Source: Candidatus Adlerbacteria bacterium (GTDB lineage: Bacteria > Patescibacteriota > Minisyncoccia > Phycocordibacterales > SBAW01). Taken from it: a stretch of 64,000 bases of DNA. The position numbers were made by a program, and so were the translations under genes. Of the stretch, positions 9,704-19,771 are shown piece by piece. Below the pieces are notes generated by a model. That model was given only the letters and a program-made list of their open reading frames with translations, was not told where the DNA came from and searched no databases. The stretch covers positions 13,621-77,620 of the forward strand of contig JARIGK010000004.1 in assembly GCA_029288895.1 (NCBI GenBank), written 5' to 3'. Numbering within the stretch: position 1 is the first letter of the stretch; each line of letters starts with the position of its first letter.

Positions 9704-10803
9704 TAGCGGTTCATTGGCATCGCGAGGTAGAAGAACGAGTCATCACCTGCATCTTTTATAAGAATGGCTTTGCCTGCGCCATTAAATTGCAATTTGATGC
9801 TATCGCCGCTTGTGGACTGGAGTGAGTCGGCCAAGTAGCGACCGTTAAACGACATCGACACGGCCTCGCCGGTGATAGTCGCGCGGAGTGTGGATACTTG
9901 CTCGCCGACGTCTGGGTTGCGTGAGGTAAGCGTAATGGTTTTTTCTTTGGGGTCCACGGCAAGCGTCACGTGCGATGATTTGTCGGCAAAGATAGAAAGG
10001 GACTTCAGCGCTGCCCCAAAATCCTCCCGCAACACCAACGCTTCTGTAAGGAAGGTCTTAGGGACAATTTGTTTATAGTTTGGAAACGCTGCATCGATGA
10101 TGCGGCTCGTGTAATAGATGTCGCCTACATGGGTTGAAAGCTGGTTCTCGTTAAAGTAGATCTCTGCTTCGCCACCCCCCGCATCCAAAATGCGCATCAA
10201 TTCTGCGGCGTTGCGCGCAGGCACCAAAAGCGATGCGGTACCTGTAGCGCTCCCACGAAGCGGTACGGTCTTTTCTGCCAAACGGAATGAGTCGGTAGCA
10301 ACAGCGGTGAGTTTACCCGCGTCGCCCACCAACAACACACTCTGCTGTTCTGGCTTTACAGCCGATAGAGATGCGCAATACGCAACACTGCGGATAGCGC
10401 GTGAGAGGTCTCCTGCCTTAGCGGTAAACGAGCGTTCTGCCGAGACGCGCGGCAATACTGGGAAGTCGTCGTGCGGCAAGGTTTTGATCGACGCAGACGC
10501 ACGCTCAGTCTCCAACTTGAGCACCTCGCCCGACACAGTGCCCGACACTACCTTACCGCGCGCATTACCCAAGAAACCGCTCAAAATGGCTGCAGGCACC
10601 GCCACAACACCCGCAGTAGCGACTTTAGCTGGGATTGTAATCTCTACGCCACACTCTAAATTGGTTGCGCGAAGGGTAAGTCGACTCCCTTCTGCTGAAA
10701 TGAGGATGCCTGCGAGCGCCGGCAAGTTTGCACGGCGTTCCACAAAACGTGCCGCGGTAGTCACAGCGTTGCGCAGTTCGTCAGTATTCGTATCAAATTT
10801 CAT
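9703..10803 (-). CDS. dnaN: DNA polymerase III beta sliding clamp
   Basis: 366 aa with the three-domain beta-clamp pattern. Located immediately downstream of dnaA. Confidence 0.9.
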   Translation of the reverse strand: MKFDTNTDELRNAVTTAARFVERRANLPALAGILISAEGSRLTLRATNLECGVEITIPAKVATAGVVAVPAAILSGFLGNARGKVVSGTVSGEVLKLETERASASIKTLPHDDFPVLPRVSAERSFTAKAGDLSRAIRSVAYCASLSAVKPEQQSVLLVGDAGKLTAVATDSFRLAEKTVPLRGSATGTASLLVPARNAAELMRILDAGGGEAEIYFNENQLSTHVGDIYYTSRIIDAAFPNYKQIVPKTFLTEALVLREDFGAALKSLSIFADKSSHVTLAVDPKEKTITLTSRNPDVGEQVSTLRATITGEAVSMSFNGRYLADSLQSTSGDSIKLQFNGAGKAILIKDAGDDSFFYLAMPMNR

Positions 10804-11003
10804 ATTTCTTTATATAAAAAGAATAGTACTACTATAGGGGTGGATAGGTCGAATAACTCCACTATTCCCTTTTGTAGCAACGGTATTTTGGCGCACAGAC
10901 GACGGGAGTATCTGTTGAAAGCTATCAACAACTCCTGTGGATAGAATTTTGGTGTACTGGTTCTTCATACGTTCTTCAGTGGCAATCCTATCCGTTATCC
11001 CCA
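10804..11003. promoter_or_regulatory. candidate oriC (dnaA-dnaN intergenic region with DnaA-box-like 9-mers and an AT-rich DUE)
   Basis: Contains TGTGGATAG, TTATCCCCA and GTGGATAGG (0-2 mismatches to TTATCCACA/TGTGGATAA) plus an AT-rich tract tttctttatataaaaagaatagtactactatag. Confidence 0.45.
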
Positions 11004-12344
11004 TCATTTCAACATAAGGCGGATCTGATTGAGCTCGCCTGAAAGTACACTGTCGTTGCGCAAATCATTCTTTATTTTCTCACACGAGTGGATCACTGTG
11101 GTGTGGTCGCGGCCGCCGAGTTTCTCGCCGATGGTGGGAAATGATATTTTAAAATCCTCGCGCAAAAGGAACATAATCACCTGGCGCGGGCGCACAACCT
11201 CTTTGCGACGCGTCTTTTCATAAATACTACTCTCTTCGACGCCGTAGAAGCCAGAAATTGTGCGCACCACTTCCTGCACTGACACGGCTTTTTTGGTAGC
11301 GCTTGAGGCACCACGAAGGAGCATCTTTGCATCATTAAGGGTGAGCGGCTCGCTGCGGAGTTCGAACTGGATAAGCAGCAAGTTAAGCGCGCCTTCCAAC
11401 TCGCGAACGTTGCCTTCAACAGCTGTCGCTAGATATTCGAGCACTTCGTCAGGCAAAATAACGTTATGTGCAGCCGCTTTTGTGCGAACAATGGCTAAAC
11501 GCGACTCGTGGTCGGGCGGCGTGACAGAAATGATCATGCCGGCGTTAAAGCGCGAGCGGAGGCGGTCTTCCAAGTTTTGGATGACATTCGGGTGTTGGTC
11601 GGACGAGAAGACAAGCTGCTTGTTGCCGTCGTGGAGATAGTTAAAGAGATGAAAGAATTCTTCTTTGGTCTTCTCCATCTTTGCCAAGAACTGGACATCG
11701 TCCATGATGAGCAAGTCATACTGGCGATACTTTTCTTTAAATGACTGCACTTTGCCCGCCTGCAGCGACGCAACGTAGTCCATCGAGAATTTTTCCGACG
11801 TAACGTACTGCACTTTACGCTCGGGCGCACTCATGCGGAAGTGGTTCCCTATCGCCTGGATAAGGTGTGTTTTGCCCAAACCTGTCGGGCCATAAATAAG
11901 GAGAGGGTTATAGGCGATGCCCGGTTTGCGGATCACCGCCTGCGCTGCTGCATGTGCAAGTTCGTTAAATGGGCCCACCACGAAAGAACTGAGGGTGAAG
12001 CGGGGGTTAAGGTTTGTCTTCGCGTGCACATTTTCAAGCGGGAGCTCGGAGGGCGGCGCCGGGACGGTGCGAGGCTCGTCGGTATGCTTCTTGGGGCCGC
12101 GGGAAATGATGTACTCCACGGTGCGGACGGTATCGGAGAGGCCGCGCAATGAGCGCAAAATATCCTTATGAAATTTGGTGGAAAGCCAGTCGCGGGCAAA
12201 TTGGCTCGGGACGCCAAGGAAGACAGTGCCGTCTTCTACCTTTACGACGTGGGTGTCTTTAAACCAGGTATTGAAATTAGGTTTGGAGATTGTAAGTTCG
12301 AGTTCGACCAGCGCGTTTTCCCATAGTTCTTTCGTGGTCGTCAT
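11004..12344 (-). CDS. dnaA: chromosomal replication initiator DnaA
   Basis: AAA+ Walker A GPTGLGKTHL, sensor motifs and a C-terminal DNA-binding domain. Confidence 0.95.
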   Translation of the reverse strand: MTTTKELWENALVELELTISKPNFNTWFKDTHVVKVEDGTVFLGVPSQFARDWLSTKFHKDILRSLRGLSDTVRTVEYIISRGPKKHTDEPRTVPAPPSELPLENVHAKTNLNPRFTLSSFVVGPFNELAHAAAQAVIRKPGIAYNPLLIYGPTGLGKTHLIQAIGNHFRMSAPERKVQYVTSEKFSMDYVASLQAGKVQSFKEKYRQYDLLIMDDVQFLAKMEKTKEEFFHLFNYLHDGNKQLVFSSDQHPNVIQNLEDRLRSRFNAGMIISVTPPDHESRLAIVRTKAAAHNVILPDEVLEYLATAVEGNVRELEGALNLLLIQFELRSEPLTLNDAKMLLRGASSATKKAVSVQEVVRTISGFYGVEESSIYEKTRRKEVVRPRQVIMFLLREDFKISFPTIGEKLGGRDHTTVIHSCEKIKNDLRNDSVLSGELNQIRLMLK

Positions 12345-12445
12345 ACAGAGGTTCGATTAAGAATACGCGTCTCGGGCGACAACGTCAAAATTAGGTGTTC
12401 TGTGCAAAAGTTGTGGAGAATATGGGGATGGTGTACAGTTGACAC

Positions 12446-12580
12446 ATGTCACAAACGTACCAGCCTAAAAAGCGCAAGCGTGCACGAAGCCACGGCTTTT
12501 TGAAGCGCAATGCGACCCCAGCAGGCAAAAAGACGATGGCACGCCGCCGCCGCAAGCAGCGCACACGCATCGCTCTCTAA
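12446..12580 (+). CDS. rpmH: 50S ribosomal protein L34
   Basis: [44 protein letters not shown]. Too short for the ORF track. Confidence 0.9.
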   Translation: MSQTYQPKKRKRARSHGFLKRNATPAGKKTMARRRRKQRTRIAL

Positions 12581-12593
12581 ATCCCCTACCCCT

Positions 12594-12905
12594 ATGCTGC
12601 CTAAACCGCGGCGGCTTACCGCAGAAGAAGTACAGAACGTCCTCACAGCAGGGCGTTCTGCGCGTTCTACCCTCCTTTCGGCAAAATACGTTGCAAATAC
12701 AGGGCCATTGCGTGTCTCGGCCGTGGTGTCAAAGAAGGTGGCGAAGCGCGCTGTAGAGCGGAATCGCCTGCGCCGGGCGCTCTATCGTGCCTTGGCAGAT
12801 GTGGATATGAAGGGTACTGCCGTCGTGTTTGTCCAGAAAGTACCCGAAGGTGCACTCACCCCTGCATTTCGCGAAGATTTGCTAGTATTAGCAGGTAAAC
12901 TCTAA
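12594..12905 (+). CDS. rnpA: ribonuclease P protein component
   Basis: Basic about-100-aa protein with the RNR motif (ERNRLRRAL) directly after rpmH. In frame inside track ORF 12510..12905. Confidence 0.85.
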   Translation: MLPKPRRLTAEEVQNVLTAGRSARSTLLSAKYVANTGPLRVSAVVSKKVAKRAVERNRLRRALYRALADVDMKGTAVVFVQKVPEGALTPAFREDLLVLAGKL

Positions 12906-12908
12906 TCT

Positions 12909-13631
12909 ATGTTCCATACAATTCTCATCAACCCGATCTATAACGCGTTCATCTTTCTTATTGGTGTGGTGCCGGGCGGCGACGTTGGTTTGGCCATCAT
13001 CGCGATGACCGTGGTAATTCGCCTTGTGTTCTACCCCCTCTTTGCATCGAGCATCCGCACGCAAATGGGTATGCAGGCAGCGCAAAGCGAGCTCGATGAG
13101 ATCAATACGAAGTACAAAGACAATGCCGAAGAGCGCGGCCGCCACACCATGGAGTTGTTCAAGAAATATAATGTGCGCCCCTTTAGCGCATTTTTGGCAT
13201 TGCTCGTACAGATCCCGGTGTTTATTGCGCTCTACTACGCCTTTTTCCGCGAAGGGCTGCCGCAGATCGCGACCAGTATCCTCTACCCCTTCGTCCACGC
13301 TCCTGCCGTGGTAAATACACAGTTCTTGGGCTTTTTAGACTTACTGCAACATCACAATATTGTCCTGGCCGTGATTGTGGCGGGGCTCCAGTACCTGGTT
13401 GTGCGCTTTTCGCTTTTCCGTACACAGAAAAAAGCGCCCGCTAAAAAAGATGATGCGGCACGCGCCCAGGCTTTGCAGCAACAATTGATGATGTACTTCC
13501 TCCCGGGGCTTATGGGGGTGGTGTCATACACCGTCCCTGCGGCTGTGGGTATCTATTTTGCAGCGGGCAGCGTTATTTCGCTCTTGCAGGAGTGGTTGAT
13601 CCAGCGCCAAATGGCGGCAAAAACCCTCTAG
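12909..13631 (+). CDS. yidC: membrane protein insertase YidC (short Gram-positive-like form)
   Basis: 240 aa with the conserved YidC/Oxa1 TM core. Canonical rpmH-rnpA-yidC-jag synteny. Confidence 0.85.
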   Translation: MFHTILINPIYNAFIFLIGVVPGGDVGLAIIAMTVVIRLVFYPLFASSIRTQMGMQAAQSELDEINTKYKDNAEERGRHTMELFKKYNVRPFSAFLALLVQIPVFIALYYAFFREGLPQIATSILYPFVHAPAVVNTQFLGFLDLLQHHNIVLAVIVAGLQYLVVRFSLFRTQKKAPAKKDDAARAQALQQQLMMYFLPGLMGVVSYTVPAAVGIYFAAGSVISLLQEWLIQRQMAAKTL

Positions 13632-13640
13632 ATCCCGGCC

Positions 13641-14147
13641 GTGATGGCCGGACAGGTTGGCAGGGTGTCGGGATTGGAGTATTGTGGCTCTATGAGCCAG
13701 GACGCACTTACACAGTTTGTACAAACGCTTTTTTCGTCCATGGGCATACAGCCCTCCTCCCTTGTCGTCTCGAGTGGCCACCGCACGGTGGTCGCGGTAG
13801 CGCTCGATGATGCGTCTGCTTTTTTGAATAACAATGGCGAAGCGCTTCGGGCATTAAACGCGCTTGCCCGCCGCATTGTTGAGAAAGCTCATGGCGAAGA
13901 GGCAGCAAACTTCCTTATCGATATAAACGGCCATCACGAACAGCAGATGGAAGCAGTGCGCGCGAATGCGCGCATGTTGGCGCAGCGCGCCCGCCTCTTT
14001 AAACACGAAGTCGAAATGGAGCCAATGAGCTCGTACGAGCGCTTGGTCGTCCATGAACTGTTTGCAGAAGACCCAGAGATAGAAACGCGATCAGAAGGCG
14101 AAGGAAAATTCCGCCACATTGTGTTGGCCTTTCGCGGCGCAAAGTAA
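13641..14147 (+). CDS. jag: Jag/KhpB R3H-domain RNA-binding protein
   Basis: Jag_N-like N-terminus and a C-terminal R3H motif (SYERLVVHE). Synteny after yidC. Confidence 0.75.
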   Translation: MMAGQVGRVSGLEYCGSMSQDALTQFVQTLFSSMGIQPSSLVVSSGHRTVVAVALDDASAFLNNNGEALRALNALARRIVEKAHGEEAANFLIDINGHHEQQMEAVRANARMLAQRARLFKHEVEMEPMSSYERLVVHELFAEDPEIETRSEGEGKFRHIVLAFRGAK

Positions 14148-14161
14148 CTTTGTTGCCGGGC

Positions 14162-15367
14162 CTACAAACGCACGCCCCACAGTGATTGGTCGCCGCGGGT
14201 AATAAACCAGAGATACTTGCCATCTTGTGACACGCCGAGTTGTTCTATTGGTGCATTTGCGCCACCTTCCCCAGGAAGGGTTAAAACAATACCATCACCA
14301 ATATTAGTTTTAAATAAAACTATACTGTCAGCGGTCTGTACAAGACCTTTATGCCATAAATCAACATAGCCTCCTGTTACATAATCAATTGGGAGGGCGC
14401 AGTAGAGGTCGGTACGAATAGTCGGGCTCCATACGCACTTCTCGGGCAGTGGGTCGTTTGCAAGCGGTGCGTCCTTCCCTGTGGCAATATCGTGCGAATA
14501 GGTTGTTGCAGTGTTGTCGGTATCTTGGGCAGTCTGATACACCACTTTAGAAAATACGCTGTTAGCTAATGCGACGAGCCCGTTTGCAAAGAGCAATGGC
14601 GTTTGTGTGCCTAATTTTGCATCTATCACGAAGGCGGCGCCTGGTACCCCAGCAGCAGACTTACTTTGCAACATAAGTGTTGATGTTGCTGGCCATGAAA
14701 TAAGCACTTGCGAAAGCGGTGATGAAAAGAGTTTCCTTGGATTTGTGCCATCGATATTTGCAGTGTAGCCGTCGCTGCCCGCATTGGTTGTGAGCATATA
14801 CACCACACTTCGTGCGTCGGGCGAGAGTGCGAGTGAGGAAATGTTATTTGGCAAAAACTGTACTCGCAATGGTGCGCCTGTGCTGCTGGTTGTGGCCAAC
14901 GCTAGGTACACGCTCTTGAGCGTGCCGCTGTCCATATACTGCAAGATAGTTGTTGTGCCTGCGTTGCCCCACAGCGCATCCACAACACTTGGGATGGTTG
15001 TATTTGAGACAGGTTTTGACGCAGCACCCGGTACATCAATTGCTTGGTCTAGAATGTGGCCATTGTCTGCCATCACATAGCGCGCAAGCGTTGTTGTTGG
15101 CGAGAATGTTTCTACAAACGTTGCACCCGCAACCGGGCCGTTTGCGATTTTAAATACCTTTCCTTGAGACGAGTTTGGGATTACTCCATTGCCGCCCGTG
15201 TCGTTCCCTGCTGGTGTAACTGATACATTTCCCCCTACCCCAAAGAAGTTTGTAACGGACGGCCCACTCTGCTGGCTTGTAGAGCGGAAAAAGAAGAATG
15301 TAAGTATTCCTGCGATAAAGAGGAACACAACACCCACGCATATGTAGTAGAAAATATTTTTATTCAT
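14162..15367 (-). CDS. hypothetical membrane-anchored protein (N-terminal TM, Ser/Thr/Gly-rich, beta-rich), last gene of the T4SS-like operon
   Basis: Likely start MNKNIFYY followed by one TM helix. ATGA overlap with the upstream gene. Confidence 0.45.
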   Translation of the reverse strand: MNKNIFYYICVGVVFLFIAGILTFFFFRSTSQQSGPSVTNFFGVGGNVSVTPAGNDTGGNGVIPNSSQGKVFKIANGPVAGATFVETFSPTTTLARYVMADNGHILDQAIDVPGAASKPVSNTTIPSVVDALWGNAGTTTILQYMDSGTLKSVYLALATTSSTGAPLRVQFLPNNISSLALSPDARSVVYMLTTNAGSDGYTANIDGTNPRKLFSSPLSQVLISWPATSTLMLQSKSAAGVPGAAFVIDAKLGTQTPLLFANGLVALANSVFSKVVYQTAQDTDNTATTYSHDIATGKDAPLANDPLPEKCVWSPTIRTDLYCALPIDYVTGGYVDLWHKGLVQTADSIVLFKTNIGDGIVLTLPGEGGANAPIEQLGVSQDGKYLWFITRGDQSLWGVRL

Positions 15368-16296
15368 TTGTCTGTGATGCAGCCTTGATTTGGCCCAATC
15401 ATATCGCAATTATACGTGCCAGGATCTTTCCCTTTATCTTGTTTTACGTACTCACTTGCGCATGCGTTCCCACCGTATTTAGTTCTTGATATTATGGTTA
15501 TAAGTGTGCCCCCCTTTGCTTCGCAAGCCGTTTGATTTTTTTGAATCTGTGCGCTTAGATCAATTTGTGCAGGCGGTGGTGAAACGCCAGCAGTAGTTGC
15601 GGATATGACACTGCACGCACCAACCAACTGTGGGTTGAGGGTATTTAAAATAATCCATGATGCGAGCAAAATAATAAGCCCCCATACGGCTGCTTTAATG
15701 CGATCACGTGCGGCAGAGCGCTTATCGACCACCTCTGACACCATATAGGTGACACCTGCGAGGACAAGAAAGAGCACGGCCAACATGGCACCCAAATAGA
15801 TGAAGAATTTGAAAATAAGGTCAATGATTTGGCAGAAATTTGAGCCGCCGGACGTTTGCCCAGGGAACGGTTCAAGCGGTGTGTATGTAAGGCTGTTGGA
15901 TACAATAACGCCCTGGCCCCCTTTTGCGTTAACAATGTGTTGTCCGCTCGCACAACCACTGAGAGGCACTGGTCCTACATATTCCGAGGGGGCTGCTGCA
16001 GAATCGTCTGTCCAACATCCCGCCTGTGTGTTGGGGTTACTTGAAGGAGTAATGTAATTTGTAGATGTGTTCTCAGGAGCGCACTCAGGCTCGCCTGCTT
16101 CTCGAATACACATGACGCCCTGCATATCAGAAGGGCAGCCCGTACCTTTTGAATCTTGAGCTTTGGGCCCAGGTGTCATCACGCCCTGTGCTACTGCAAG
16201 TGTTTTGCTGTAACAGTAGAACGCAGCGTGCGTATGGTGCGGTATCCCAAATACCACAAACATACCTGCCATAATTAGTAATTTTCTATACGTCAT
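15364..16296 (-). CDS. cysteine-rich secreted/membrane protein (signal peptide plus internal TM helix)
   Basis: 310 aa with signal peptide MTYRKLLIMAGMFVVFGIPHHTHA, about 20 Cys, and a central hydrophobic helix FKFFIYLGAMLAVLFLVLAGV. Translationally coupled to its neighbours. Confidence 0.5.
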   Translation of the reverse strand: MTYRKLLIMAGMFVVFGIPHHTHAAFYCYSKTLAVAQGVMTPGPKAQDSKGTGCPSDMQGVMCIREAGEPECAPENTSTNYITPSSNPNTQAGCWTDDSAAAPSEYVGPVPLSGCASGQHIVNAKGGQGVIVSNSLTYTPLEPFPGQTSGGSNFCQIIDLIFKFFIYLGAMLAVLFLVLAGVTYMVSEVVDKRSAARDRIKAAVWGLIILLASWIILNTLNPQLVGACSVISATTAGVSPPPAQIDLSAQIQKNQTACEAKGGTLITIISRTKYGGNACASEYVKQDKGKDPGTYNCDMIGPNQGCITDK

Positions 16297-17315
16297 AGGC
16301 CAAAGAAGTTAGAGAGTGCTGAGCCGGTTTGTTTGCCAAATGTAAGTTGTAAGCCTGCACTTGCGGCTTGGGCGAACGTGCTGCTCTGTGTGTTTTGCAC
16401 ATCCAAGGAGAGACTAGCAACTCCACTACCCTCACCCGTTTGACGCAATGTGAGGAGGCCTTGTGCGCTATTGGGCCCTGTAACGTCTTGATTATTTAAT
16501 ACCCAGGCATACGTGATGCGACCATTTCGTACACTTGTATTTGCAAAATAGTACGGCTCCGCTTTAAGGGTCACTTCTGTTTGTGTGAGTGACGCGTTGC
16601 CAGAAAGGCCCTGCCCTAACAATTCGCCGCGCAACGGGTCTTGCGGGTAAAAGATAATTTGAGGATCTGAAGTAGGAATGGTTATGCTCCCGCGCCCCAC
16701 CGACACGCTGCCAGAATACACGGTGACCGAAATATCCTCCTCTGTTTGAAGTTGGTCGCCGTTAAATGAGTAGACATTTTTCCCAAGCCCAGAAACGTCG
16801 GGTTGCAAATCGTCATTGCGGTACCACTGGAACGAGAGTTTGCTTGATGGGATGAGCGCGCCTCCTATAAGCACGGTTGGGTATGCAATTACTTTGAGCG
16901 GCGAACCGGCGCTGTAGAGCCCTTTACCTTTATAGAGTGGGGGTGTGTAGGTGTCTGCTTCCCACATCATATTTACGACTGATGGGTTAAAGACAAAGTC
17001 GTGTTGGATAATGCCTTGTGTAGGCGAATTGATACGCAAATGGATGCGGGTGCCCACACCAACCCCGCCCGTGGTAAACGAAAATGTCATCTGGTTGTGG
17101 GCCGAGTCGACCGTCGTGCCATTTTGCTGCCAGGTAATGTCCGAATTGCCCAAAAATTGCCCAACACCCTGCACCTGGATACTTACCGTTTGGTTTGGCC
17201 CTGGGTTTTCTGGGATTACCGTGTACTGCACTGGGTCTGGGGCAATAGATTGTGCGTGTGCAATTGATGCACACACCATAAGAGTAATTATCGCGTAAAT
17301 ATACTTATGCCGCAT
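16293..17315 (-). CDS. secreted hypothetical protein (signal peptide; beta-rich)
   Basis: Signal peptide MRHKYIYAIITLMVCASIAHAQS. No family assignable. Confidence 0.5.
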   Translation of the reverse strand: MRHKYIYAIITLMVCASIAHAQSIAPDPVQYTVIPENPGPNQTVSIQVQGVGQFLGNSDITWQQNGTTVDSAHNQMTFSFTTGGVGVGTRIHLRINSPTQGIIQHDFVFNPSVVNMMWEADTYTPPLYKGKGLYSAGSPLKVIAYPTVLIGGALIPSSKLSFQWYRNDDLQPDVSGLGKNVYSFNGDQLQTEEDISVTVYSGSVSVGRGSITIPTSDPQIIFYPQDPLRGELLGQGLSGNASLTQTEVTLKAEPYYFANTSVRNGRITYAWVLNNQDVTGPNSAQGLLTLRQTGEGSGVASLSLDVQNTQSSTFAQAASAGLQLTFGKQTGSALSNFFGL

Positions 17316-17880
17316 ATGATGCTGCTTGGGGTGGGCGAACTCCATCGATAGTTTTGAGCTCAGGAACAGTTCGGCCTCGCGGTTTTTGTTCCTCGGGCGC
17401 AGTGGCTAGTTGAACTGGTTGCTCCGGGCGTGAAGGTGCTTGAGAGACAACAGATGCGGCAGCCGATATAGCCCCAATGCCAGTAACACCCCCTGCCAGC
17501 TTAAGTGCAACTGTTCCAATACTGCCCAGGTTCCCCTTTTCACTTTCTTTGCGGATAATGCAAAGAATGGTCATGACTGTCCACGCAGGCAAAACATCAA
17601 TACCAGGCATCATTTCTGTAATAGCCCCACCTGTTATGTAATTGAAATAAAACATACCGTTGTAGGCCAAAAGCGATATGAGGCCGATGCCAAATGTAAG
17701 GCTTGAGGTTATATCAATTACAAAACTAAGACTTGACGCTGCAGGTAATGCGATAGGGCCTGCGGCTCCTAGTGTGCTAGCAGTTGCCCCAGCTGCTACA
17801 CCAAAGATACTTGCAGAAGCAAATGCCTGAAGGCCATCGGTAAACATGGCAATCATGAGGAGTATGCCGTAACGAAGCAT
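17305..17880 (-). CDS. polytopic small membrane protein (T4SS-locus component)
   Basis: 191 aa, mostly hydrophobic with 4-5 predicted TM segments. Confidence 0.5.
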   Translation of the reverse strand: MLRYGILLMIAMFTDGLQAFASASIFGVAAGATASTLGAAGPIALPAASSLSFVIDITSSLTFGIGLISLLAYNGMFYFNYITGGAITEMMPGIDVLPAWTVMTILCIIRKESEKGNLGSIGTVALKLAGGVTGIGAISAAASVVSQAPSRPEQPVQLATAPEEQKPRGRTVPELKTIDGVRPPQAASYAA

Positions 17881-17902
17881 ACCCGTATTGTACCCTCACT
17901 TT

Positions 17903-19771
17903 TTATTGCGCAGGAGTTGTTGCCGGGGCTTCTGCACGCCCTTCGGCCGCTTCTGCTTGCTGGCGGCGGATAGCCAAGACCTGTGATGGGTCCGAGGTGA
18001 TAATTTGGTCTTCCGTGTATGAGGCAATCACCTTAATGGCCACGTGTTTGAGGCCGGCAAAGAAGATACCCTCCCCTACATCAGACTCCAAGAGCAGATA
18101 TTTCTCTTCGTCTGAAAGGTTAAAGGTCTTTTGCAGGTTGTCGATGGTTGTTGGCGACTGTTTGAGCAATAGTTGGATAGAGGAGTTCGTAATCATCGGC
18201 AGCCCGTACGGCGACTTCAAAAAGTCGTCGACGTCTTGGGTAATGGTTGCAAGCCCAAGATAGTATTTGCGGCCGCGCTTTGCCATCGAGTAAAGGAAGG
18301 ATGCCGTGTCTTCCGACTTCATCATCCACCACGCTTCGTCGATAACGAGCAGGCGCTTCTTCAAATTTTTGCGTACTGCATTCCAGATGTAGTGCGTAAT
18401 GATGTACATCGCGACCGGCTTCAAATCGTCCTCCATGTCGCGCACAGAAAATACGACAAAGCGTTTGTTCAAGTCGACGTTGGTTGGCTGGTTGATAAAG
18501 CCTGCCCAGGTACCGTTTACATATTTCGAGAGGCGCTGCGAGAGCGACTCACTCCCCTCCATGCCGGCAAGTACTGTTGCAAAGTCGGACAACAGTGGCG
18601 GTTCGATCTCGGCAAAGTTCGACTCAATAGTGATGTCTTTGAGCGCATACGTTTCGGTAATCGCGCGGTCAATGATCGCATCTTCTTCAGGTGAGAGGCC
18701 GCCGAGCATGATGCGGAAGAGGCCAACAAGCGAAACGATGTTCGAGCGCAAGATGTCCGATGGGTTCTCATCTTCCCGCGGCATTGGCAAATCAAACGGG
18801 TTGATGTGGTGTTCGGATGAGAGTGAAATATTAAAGTAGCGCCCACCTACCGTCTGCGAGAGGAATTCGTATTCGCGTTCTGGGTCGATAACGATAACCT
18901 CTGTGTCGAACATGAGTGTGCGCAAGATTTCGAGCTTGGTTGCGTATGATTTGCCCGAACCTGATTTTGCAAAAATAACTGAGTTGTAGTTTTCGAGTGA
19001 GAAGCGATCAAAGAGCACAAGCGATGCGTTGTGGCGGTTTACTCCGTACAAGATACCCTTGTCGGATGTGAGGTCAAACGATACGAATGGGAAAATAGAT
19101 GAAAGCGGCGACGAATTGAGCTTTGAATTAACATTCAATTCGTCATTTGCCAGAGGTAGGGTGCTGCGGAAGCCTTGGACCTGCTGGAACAATGCTGGCT
19201 TTACATAAATGAGGCGGCTTTCAAGCATAGACTTGATCTCGCTCTCCGTTTTATCAAGCTCCTCAATGGTTTTTCCGTATACGGTGATATAGACGCCCAC
19301 GTCAAAGATGCGCTCTTCTGCTTGTTGAAGCTGGTCGCGCAAATCTTCCAAGTCGCGGTACGCGGTGTCCAAAATTGGGTCGCGCACCAAGCCTTTGTCT
19401 TCGCGCGACATAATTTGGCTCTGTACCTCGGCCACCTTCTTTTGGAACTTCTTCAAGATTTCGGCCGAATCGATTGGGTGCACAAAGATCGAGATGTCGA
19501 GCACGCGGTCGAGGTTGATGATTGGCGCAAACCACGAGTCGACAAGGGTGCGCGGGTACGACATCACAAAGAAGGTGCGTGCAATTTTGTCGCCCAAGTT
19601 CAATTCGCGCGGCGTAATTTTTAGAGCCGAGGGTGCAATAACATCTTGCAACTCCAAGACACCTTGCTTGTAAATCGCCTCGGGCATAATAGGTGCTACC
19701 GGGGCCGTTTGCGACGAGTCGTTTTTTGGTTTTAAGAAATTGAGGAGTGCCATAGATGTATTATCGCGCAA
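17903..19771 (-). CDS. virB4: VirB4/TrbE/CagE-family conjugative T4SS ATPase, C-terminal 622-aa portion (TTG start in track; ATG at 19753)
   Basis: Walker A AKSGSGKSYATK, Walker B RLLVIDEAWWMM and the VirB4 N-proximal motif IAPSALKITPRELNLGDKIARTFFV...YPR. Confidence 0.8.
   Translation of the reverse strand: MRDNTSMALLNFLKPKNDSSQTAPVAPIMPEAIYKQGVLELQDVIAPSALKITPRELNLGDKIARTFFVMSYPRTLVDSWFAPIINLDRVLDISIFVHPIDSAEILKKFQKKVAEVQSQIMSREDKGLVRDPILDTAYRDLEDLRDQLQQAEERIFDVGVYITVYGKTIEELDKTESEIKSMLESRLIYVKPALFQQVQGFRSTLPLANDELNVNSKLNSSPLSSIFPFVSFDLTSDKGILYGVNRHNASLVLFDRFSLENYNSVIFAKSGSGKSYATKLEILRTLMFDTEVIVIDPEREYEFLSQTVGGRYFNISLSSEHHINPFDLPMPREDENPSDILRSNIVSLVGLFRIMLGGLSPEEDAIIDRAITETYALKDITIESNFAEIEPPLLSDFATVLAGMEGSESLSQRLSKYVNGTWAGFINQPTNVDLNKRFVVFSVRDMEDDLKPVAMYIITHYIWNAVRKNLKKRLLVIDEAWWMMKSEDTASFLYSMAKRGRKYYLGLATITQDVDDFLKSPYGLPMITNSSIQLLLKQSPTTIDNLQKTFNLSDEEKYLLLESDVGEGIFFAGLKHVAIKVIASYTEDQIITSDPSQVLAIRRQQAEAAEGRAEAPATTPAQ

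Noticed and set aside
10810-11007. Track ORF 10810..11007 (-) inside the dnaA-dnaN intergenic region
   Set aside because: It lies within the DnaA-box/AT-rich candidate oriC and has no SD or homology, so it is most likely non-coding origin DNA.
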